A model generated the notes under the pieces. That model was given only the letters and a program-made list of their open reading frames with translations. It had not been told where the DNA came from and did no database searches. This document shows positions 55,321 to 64,000 of a DNA stretch of 64,000 nucleotides, in pieces. Within the stretch, counting starts at the first letter, position 1. Every line of letters starts with the position of its first letter. Both the position numbers and the translations under genes were made by a program. The stretch is from Octopus sinensis (Eukaryota), in contig NC_043004.1 in the NCBI RefSeq assembly GCF_006345805.1, forward strand, positions 83,328,001 to 83,392,000, in the 5' to 3' direction.

Positions 55321-55321
<1 letters not shown>
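54477..55321 (+). mobile_element. Helitron deletion derivative carrying a PIF1 helicase fragment (ORF 54724..55245)
   Basis: Family 5' module, then KKAILAPRNKTV...LKLKVGAPIMLIRNLVPPKQCNGTRL, then hairpin CCCGAGCAACGCCGGG and CTAG|T. Confidence 0.88.
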
Positions 55322-55357
<36 letters not shown>

Positions 55358-55449
55358 AACATGACAGAAGTAAACAGACATCCCATATGTTTATTCTAAC
55401 TTATAAATGTTTATGTTTTTTATTAATTAACATATTTATGTTTCAGGTT

Positions 55450-56210
55450 CTATACGATACTTTTTAATCAATTCATGTACGAAAGAAGCCTTGGAATTGT
55501 CTGAGATTTAAAGAGGCTGTATTGTGGGTCATTGTGAAGGTAGATATATTGCGTAAAATCGCAGGAAAGCTTGGGATCCCGCTTTCTACTGTTAATAGAG
55601 TGATTGTACAATTCACCAGAAGGAGAAACGTGTCCACATCACCTCACCCAGATCAAGCAGGGCCCTTCGACAGGACCCTCTGACATAGCAGAAAAAGTTG
55701 ATGTCAGTCCAAGTACAGCTCACTGGTATCTCCACGAAATTGGTTACTGTGATGGAGCAGCAAGAATGAAGCCACTTCTTGGACCAGACAATATCAAGCG
55801 GAGAAAAGATTGGGCCAGTGAGATGGTGGAGAGGTCACTAGCATTATGGGATACTGTAATATTATCTGATGAGACTAGATTTACTGTATTTCCTGACAAT
55901 GGTCGAGTGTGGCTCTGGAGACTTTGTGATCAATAGTTTGATGTAAAAAGATTGTAGCCAACAATGAGAAACGGTAGCTGCTCTGTGATGGCCTGGGGAA
56001 CAATTTAGAGCAATGGTTGATCAGAGCTGGTGGAGTGTGAAGGAAACAGAAACTCAGATAAATATGTGTTCATATTGCAGAAAGAACTCCTTCTAGTCTT
56101 CTCCATTCGTGAAATGATTTAAGAAACCTCTTTATTTATGGAAAATAGGGCTCCTCGTTACACGTCTAAAATGAACCAAGATTGGTTGGATGTGAATGGC
56201 ATGTGAATGT
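55450..56210 (+). mobile_element. Tc1-like transposase relic
   Basis: KPLLGPDNIKRRKDWA...WDTVILSDETRF...GRVW (first catalytic D), followed by degenerate downstream motifs. Confidence 0.8.
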
Positions 56211-56265
56211 ATGTATAATACCGTACTAAATTCTGGTGCGCTGGTGCCTCAACTTAAGTACCATA

Positions 56266-56301
<36 letters not shown>

Positions 56302-56449
56302 TAATACTAAGCAATAAAGGGTTTAGCAACGAATTGCCTTACCACATACCGAATTTAGAAATAGCAGTCAAAGAGTTATAGCTATTTCTTCTACTAAAAA
56401 GGGAGATCTCAGTAAAAACAGCAATTATTATATATATATATATATAACG

Positions 56450-57170
56450 CAATAGAGAACAATAAAACATCATGACAGAAAGACGATACAAAGGCGAACA
56501 GGATATACAACAAATAAAGAGAGAGGAACTTAAACAAGGGTCGGGTCACTCGTTGCCTTCTCTCCTCAGTCAATTTTCTAGATTTCCTTACATTTTCGGG
56601 GAGTTACACTTGAGACTGTTCAAATCTGGATGCTCCCAAAATATCTATGCTAAGAACATTAGACTTTTGTGAGATAACAGAATGTTTACGACAACAAAGA
56701 CAAAAAACGGAGAACATGTTACACAGTTACAAATACAAACAAGAAAACAACAGCAGGTGTCTTTCGACTAATAAAGATGAATCAGATTGAGCTAGCGTGT
56801 ATAGAGTGAAAGCCTTGAGCCAGGAACATAGAAGATGGACATAAGAGATGTTGGCAGTCGACAGTCAAGCCAAGAAAGAAAGATCATGCTTGGCAGAACA
56901 CCGGACATGTAGAAGGAGAAGAGAGGGGTAGAGAACAGAAGGATTGAAGGATTAGGGGAAGAACGAGAAAGAGAGAGAAAAGGGACAAAGCGAACGGTAC
57001 AAGGGCGATAAAAGAGGAGGAAAAGTAGGAATTAATGAAAGGGAGGGCCAAGAAATATGAGAGAAGGGGAGCGAGAAAAAGAAAAGAGGAAACAAGGAAG
57101 AAAGTATGAGGAGGACTAAAACACAGAGTAAAAGAATCGTATAAAATCTAGATATATACTTAATTACAAG
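56450..57170 (-). repeat. Unclassified interspersed repeat related to 15630-16440
   Basis: Shared internal motif and purine-rich tract. Confidence 0.4.
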
Positions 57171-57209
57171 GTAAACAAAAGTGTACGTACGTTGCTATAG
57201 AAATATATG

Positions 57210-57269
<60 letters not shown>

Positions 57270-57814
57270 GAGCAAAACAGCCCCCGCCCAATGGATGGTG
57301 GTGAATCATATCTACTGAATAAAGAGCCATCAGTGTTTTCTTTTCATTAAAAAATAATTAAGCATGCCTTTATTTGAATAAAATTTTTGGTTTTGTGAAA
57401 CGAAGTTAGGGCAAAAAAAAAGTTCTTGAGAAACCAAATAGCTTTTCTTTCCTTCATTCCAGGTTTGAAGAAAATATCTCTTTTGCAACCTAATTTTTGG
57501 GTCTCTTAAATATATTGCATTTTGTGGCATTATTTCAAGCCAGCCGGCTTTTTTGGTGCAAATTGCACGTGCAGTTTTCTCGCATAGGCATAGAATCGAT
57601 CGCAACAGCTGATTTACTTGCACGTTCCCACGGCTTTATCGATCGAATTCTCACCTAGAATCGATTTTTGTAATTTTTCCAAGACTTCTACACGGCCTGA
57701 TACCGTCGGTATCTATATCTCAAATTTGAGCGCAATCGGATGGAGGATGCCCGATATCCTTGAAGACACACACACAGACAGACAGAACGGATTTTAAATA
57801 ATATATATATATAT

Positions 57815-57975
57815 ATTCGACGGGATACTTTCAGTTTCCGTCTACCAAATCCACTGTCAAGGCTTCGGTCGGCCTGCAGCTATAGTAGAAGACATTAGCC
57901 CAAGGTGCCACGCAGTGGGATTGAACCCAGAAACATGTGGTAGGGAATGAAGCTTCTTATCACACACTCACTACT
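57815..57975 (-). mobile_element. CORE-type SINE 5' part
   Basis: tttcagtttccgtctaccaaatccact...gcccaaggtgccacgcagtgggattgaaccc. Confidence 0.7.
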
Positions 57976-58044
57976 GCGCCCATACACATATGCTTATCTA
58001 TATGCACACAAATGCATATGCGAATGTAATTGTATATGTGTATA

Positions 58045-58115
<71 letters not shown>

Positions 58116-58645
58116 TATAAACCTGAAATGCGAAAAGTTTGTTTGTTTGTCTGGTTTTGGCATTGAGAACGGGTTAAAGGCCACTAGATCCCGTCGGATT
58201 GACTCCAAAATCTACAGGGACATGTAAAATGAGGTGAGGATGCCAGTGGGCTAGGTTAGAAATCCCTATCTTAAAACGTGCCGTTGCTAGGGCCAAAAAC
58301 GCACTTTGTCAAGTCTACTCTCATTCTTTTATGTATCTGCCCTTCCTCCGTCACTCACTTTCTTTCCTCCCTTCCCATTACATTCTATATATAACGTCGT
58401 TTAATAGCGTCTAACCCCCCTTCACTTTCTCTTTATAACGTCGTCAAACAGCGTTCTATATCTTCGCCTCACCGCCTTCGACAGCGCTTTCATACTCTCT
58501 CACTCTCTGCGTCTGTCTGCATTCATAGACATAATTATCATCACCACCACACCCACACAATCATGAGAACAAATATTATGAATCAGATATGCATTGGGTT
58601 AATTTATATATATGTGTGTGTGTGTGTGTGTGTTCTATATATAAA

Positions 58646-59019
58646 CTAGCAGTATCGCCCGGCGTTGCTCTGGTTTGTAAGGGAAATAACTATAAAGCAT
58701 TTTTAGAGAGTTATAGCCAAAAAATAGCAAAAAAATGGAAAAAAATTATGGTAAATTTTTTTTTTAGTTAAAAAAGGTGGAGTTGCGTCCCCTAGACAGT
58801 TTGCGGTTTGTGTTTCTGATTCTCGACCCCATGTCGAATTTATCGATTTTTTTCAGAACTGGGGGAAATTTTCGCTACGTTAGTTTTGAATTATGACATT
58901 GGGCTATGTGTGTGTCAAGTTTCATCAGAATCAGTTGAAAGCCGTGGTCAGGGTGAGGGTACAAGCAAACAGACACACAGAAACACGCACAGACAAACTG
59001 CCGTTTATATAGAGAGAGA
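58646..59019 (-). mobile_element. Non-autonomous Helitron
   Basis: On the minus strand: A|TC start and CCAGAGCAACGCCGGG...CTAG|T end. 3' module shared with 35978 and 44120 but a different 5' module. Confidence 0.8.
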
Positions 59020-59233
59020 TATGTATATTAAACTTTTTAATACTTTTTGACAGTTATATATATTTAAAAAAATTATACATATAAATTAATAATTTTAATT
59101 TTAAATTTAAATAATTTAAATTTTTCAATTTTATATTTTATATATTTTGTATATTATATTTTTATTTTTATGTTTTCGTTTATGTTTTTCGCTGTTTTAT
59201 TTGCCTAATAGTGGTTTTATCTCTAATTTAATT

Positions 59234-59281
<48 letters not shown>

Positions 59282-59283
59282 GC

Positions 59284-59325
<42 letters not shown>

Positions 59326-60144
59326 TGCATTTTGTGTCGGTTGTGCTGAAAATATGTACACCTATGTCAAAAGTGCTTGCGAGTTTGCATGGCAACTGGT
59401 TTTTTCCTGAAATGAAAGGCGTGACCTCTAGGACAAAATTCCTCATCTTATAAAATGTGACCCGAGTAGACCCGAATGAAATCGGGTCATATTAACCAAA
59501 ATGTGAAAAGAGGTCTAAATGGGGCTTGAGGGGATTAAAATTTACAGGAGCGGGTGTTTAGGAATTCACTGTTACATGAAGCTAAAAGATTTGCGCCAGC
59601 CTTTAAATCGTCAATGTGTTGCCGTCCATGATGAAGAAGTTTTGAATGCTTGCCATGTTGAGTCTACTGTCGTGAGAAAGAATCACTTCAAAGCTTGGTT
59701 TTTAGGAATTTTCTTTTACATCAAGTTCAAAATTTTACGCCAGCCGTTAAACTGCCACTATGTTACTGTCCGTCGTTAAGAAATGCCAGCCATGGTGACT
59801 CTAATATCCTCAGATTCTATCCTTTCAAACTTTGGTTTCCAATATTTTTTTTATTTTTATTCAGATCGCAAGTTCGTCTGTCCCTTTTAAATGTTAGTGT
59901 TTTGCTTTCTGCCTTGAAACAGACCTTTCCGTTGTCACTGCCTGATATTTATGATTGATCTTTCAAACTACTTTCTTTCTCAACTTACTCAAGATCTTTT
60001 GTTGTTTATACATGGGAGAGAGATAGATAGAGAAAGATAGAGGGTAAGAGAAAGCGAGGGAGAGTCCGAGAGAAAGGAAGAGTAAGAGAGTGGGAAACGG
60101 AGAGAGAAAGGAGAGAGAAATAAAGAGGGAGAATCATCATCATC

Positions 60145-60450
60145 ATCGTTTAACGTCCGTTTTCCGTGCTAGCACGGGTTGGGCGGTTTGACCGGGGTCT
60201 GGGAAGCCAGGAGGCTGCACCAGGCTCCAGTCTGACCTGGCAGTGTTTCTACAGGTGGATGCCCTTCCTAACGCCAACCACTCCGTGATTGTAGTGGGTA
60301 CTTTTTCGTGCCACCGGCACAGGTGCCACGGGGAAAAGGGCCCTGGCAGCGGCCACGATCGGTTGGGGCTTTTTACGTGCCACCGGCACAGAAGCCAGTC
60401 AAGGCGGCGCTGCCATCGGCCACGTTCGGATGGTGCTTTTTACGTGCCGA
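60145..60450 (+). mobile_element. Interspersed repeat (SINE or RTE-tail-like) with short gtgccaccggcac repeats
   Basis: catcatcatcgtttaacgtccg...ggatgcccttcctaacgccaacc is a motif typical of retroelement tails. Confidence 0.5.
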
Positions 60451-60514
60451 AAGGATGCAACAGAAAATAACAACCACACTCTTACCCACGCGTAGAGCGC
60501 GTCACCTTAAGTTA

Positions 60515-60575
<61 letters not shown>

Positions 60576-61241
60576 TCTTTGTGTGTGTTTGTCTCTGTCA
60601 ATTTGCTTATCTCTAGATATCCTCAACAACAGTTCTAATGTTACAATCTTTCATATTTTTGCCTTTTGTTTTCTTTATATATATATAATGAACAATATAT
60701 AGTCTGTTGACTAGTGTGTCTACACCCGAGGCCACGGTGGTAAAAAAATTCTAAATAATATTTTATTACTCTGAAATTTATTAATGATAATTCTGTTGGC
60801 TAATTTAGACAGAAATTCATCATTATATCTATTTGCTGCCGGAAACAAAACTGCGTTTGGGTGGTGGATTTGAAAAATTATAACATGTAACCACGTGGCA
60901 TATTCTGTATTGCCTCGGTCTTATATGCTAATATTTGGCTTTCCTGCTAATGAGAGCTTCGCGTAGCAAAATACTTTATTTGCTGAAGAGAGCTTGAAAC
61001 CATGGTCCAGGAAATATATGGTAAATGGTTTTATTTTTCATTCCCTTTCAACATTACCCCTATTTGTGGTTTGGATTTTAACTACTCCTTCTAGCGGTTT
61101 AGATGTCCGATTATGGCCATCTCTTATGTACTTAAATGTACACTGTATATATGACGAATATATAGTATTTTGACTAGTTTTTCTACAAGCTAGACCAGGG
61201 TGGTAAAAAATGTCTACATAATATTTTACTACCCTGAGATT

Positions 61242-61313
<72 letters not shown>

Positions 61314-61344
61314 GAGGAACACAAATATAACACACACACATACA

Positions 61345-63120
61345 TATAAATTTAGCTGTTTCGACCAAAGATTGGTCAAGGCTATGTCTAACTTATAAGT
61401 ACCCCCTGATAGGATTATCTGAATTATTTTAAATCAAGTATCTTGGTCCATTCAAGTAGTGAGTTGTATCCAGGTATAAATAGCTTATCTGGTTTTCCTT
61501 GAAGTAATTTTTCCAGACTGTTTAAAAGTGATAAGGATCCTTTTTCCTCTTTGATCAGTTTCGGGACAATGTTAACTAGGTCAGGGCCTGTTGAGGAAAA
61601 GAAATTGTGTCGCAGTGTACTTATATGTTGTGATCCTGAATTGGGCAGGGTACGTATGGCCCGTGGTTCCATCCGTGGATGAACCTTGAAGTTAATGTTC
61701 AGGTCGTTTGTGCAATACTCGCAGTATATTCTCCACATCGTGCAAATGATATGCCGCTCGCGGCGACGCTAGAGGGAGTAGAGTTTCAATGTTTTAAGGC
61801 GATCCCTGTAATCGAGATCAGTCATGCTCTTAATTCGTTTGATGATTCAATTTTCGAGAGATTTTGTTTTATATTGGGAGACCACAGGGGGTACGGTATT
61901 CGAGGTGTAGCCGTACAAAGAGGAGAAAATTGGAATGATGACACCTTGTTCTCTGGACCGGAAAGTTCTTAAGATCTAGGAGCTCATCCTGCACCTATAT
62001 CCACCGACCTTATTGTTGATTTGGGCACTCCAACTGTGATTATTATCAAGAATTACCCCTAGGTCTCTGATATTATTAAATGCTGTGAGCGGTTCCCTTC
62101 AAGGAAGAGAGTATGGCTGTTTTAGTATAGTCTTTCTTCCAATATGCATCAGCTCAAATTTTCCCTCGTTTGGTTGCACTTTGTTTTTGTCTGCCCATTG
62201 ACTCACCGCATATCGATCGGATCGGATTTGAGTTCGGTCTTCTTCTTCATTGATGATTTGCTGGAGCTTAGTTTCATCAGCAAATATTTTCACTTTGCAG
62301 TGTTTTACGAAGCTGGAAATGTCGTTTATGTAGATTATAAAGAGGAGCGTGTCCAAGACAGTCCCCTGAGGGACACCACTGGTGACTTTTTCTGGGCTTG
62401 ATTGGACTTCATCAACCACAACGTGTTGTGTTCTATTCACCAGGAAATACTCAATCCAGTGTAGAAGTATTCCATGGATTCCAACATGTGCCAATTTTGA
62501 GAGTAAGATATTATAGTCAACGCTGTCGAACGCTTTACTGAAGTCAAATTCGAACCTGTTCCCAAGGCTTTAAGTATATCTTCAATGTAGTATTAGAGTT
62601 GTGTAAGACAGTCCCTGCCGCAGCGAAAGCCATGCTTATTTGCATTTAGGAGTTTGTGAATCTCCATGAAGCCAGCTATCCTTGATCTTACCACTCTTTC
62701 AAACAATTTAATGATGTGGGAGGTAAGTGAGATTGCATAATAGCTGACTGCGTGGGATCTGTTTCCCTGTTTTAAAACCAGGATGAGAGACTGGGATAGG
62801 AGTTGTTTCGGTATATAATCTGAATCTAAGGAATTTTTCAAGAGCTTGGTCAGAGAGACTGCAAGTTGTTGTCTACATTCCTTCAGGAGATTAGCAGGGA
62901 ATCTATCAGGGCCTAGAGCAGAATATTTAACCTTATTTATTGCTGCAATGATGTCTGAGATTTTATGTTGGGAATCAACTTCATTCGCTTCTCTTACGTC
63001 AATATTAGTGAAATCACTAAAGAGAGAGCAATATTGTTTCTGCAGTATCTTGAGAACTTTTTGAACTAAAGAGTAGGAAGCCATGATGGTCCTGTGGAGG
63101 ACAGTTGTTCTCAGCCACCT
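61345..63120 (-). mobile_element. CR1/L2-group LINE RT relic
   Basis: GPDRFPANLLKEC...ISLTSHIIKLFERVV...HGFRCGRDCLTQL, FDFSKAFDSVD and SGVPQGTVL..LLFIIYINDI...IFADETK, with frameshifts. Confidence 0.9.
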
Positions 63121-63645
63121 GGACTACTGCCCCCAACTATGGTCACCATACAGTGTAAAATTAACAGCAGACATTGAAGCAATTTTGTGAAGCTTCACAA
63201 AAAAAAACATCTCATTGCAACAGCTAAGACTCTGCTCTCTGGAGCGAATGCAGGAGAGATATGCAGTAATAAACATCTGGAAGACCCTGGAAGGCATTGT
63301 GTCAAAGTTTGGCATTGAAAGCTACACAAATGCCAGGACGGGTCCACATTGCACAGTGCCAAATATCCCAGCAATGCCATCGTACTTCAGGACTGGTTAA
63401 TGCAACAGACTGGGTTTTACGGGCCCATAGCTTTTTAATATTTTTCAAAGAGACTGAAGGACAAAGTGAATATAGTGGTTTTCAAATTAAAACAGGATTT
63501 CATCCTGTCGAGAGTCCCAGATGAACCTACCTAGCAGCAGAAGGCGCAAATGAGGGCAGCGGTATCAAACTCACATATTAGATGATGTTCTCACTAATAA
63601 CAGTGTAGTAAAACGGTGGTGCCCCAGCATGGTCATAGCTTTCAG
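63121..63645 (+). mobile_element. CR1-group LINE 3' fragment
   Basis: LQQLRLCSLERMQERYAVINIWKTLEG followed by a 3' tail ggtggtgccccagcatggtcatagc. Confidence 0.7.
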
Positions 63646-64000
63646 CAACAACTGATATATATATATATATATATATCTACATAAATATAATATAAATAAT
63701 ATATATATATATGCATATATACATACGTATAAGTACATACTTACATGTATACGAATTTACATATGCATATGTGGGTACAGGACGTCACAAAACTAAATAA
63801 CAGAAAATAGGAAGTACGCGGACATGGAATATGAACTTTTTTGCGAACAACTAAAGAAAGAAATGGAAAAGAAGAGAAAACACAAAGAACGTCTCTTCAG
63901 TTGTTGTCGAGTGTTTTTCTATTCCGTATTTCGAGCAATTCACAAGATACACCTTCGATAAAACAGTTGCTCTTTCAAAGTAAATTAAATAAAATTTGGG

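Overview
AT-rich, microsatellite-dense animal DNA. The SINE, Helitron and Penelope-like repeat content looks like a coleoid cephalopod, probably Octopus; this is inferred from repeat style and was not confirmed by a search. The only host genes I can support are three paralogous multi-pass membrane-protein genes, which the ORF track shows only as unconnected fragments. Manual splicing gives all three the same layout: a ~1.02 kb coding exon 1, a 69-nt exon 2, a 90-nt exon 3 and a short terminal exon, with all three introns in phase 0. The two complete copies are GRL-B (+, 11090-24660, 420 aa) and GRL-C (-, 50980-41740, 415 aa). They end in a G-I-S-I-G-G ... T-Y/I-x5-Q TM7 signature, which identifies them as gustatory-receptor-like (GRL / 7TM ion channel, insect GR/OR superfamily) genes. 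GRL-A (-, 7152 to at least 3521) lies head-to-head with GRL-B, has a 1-nt frameshift, and its last two exons are not in the window. The rest is transposon-derived: Helitron helicase fragments and non-autonomous Helitrons, Penelope-like elements with hammerhead motifs, a young (GATA)n-associated Tx1-type LINE, (TAA)n-associated Dong/R4-type LINE ends, RTE and CR1 LINE fragments, mariner/Tc1 relics, several SINE families, foldback palindromes, a 165-bp tandem array and many microsatellites. All alignments and counts were done by eye.
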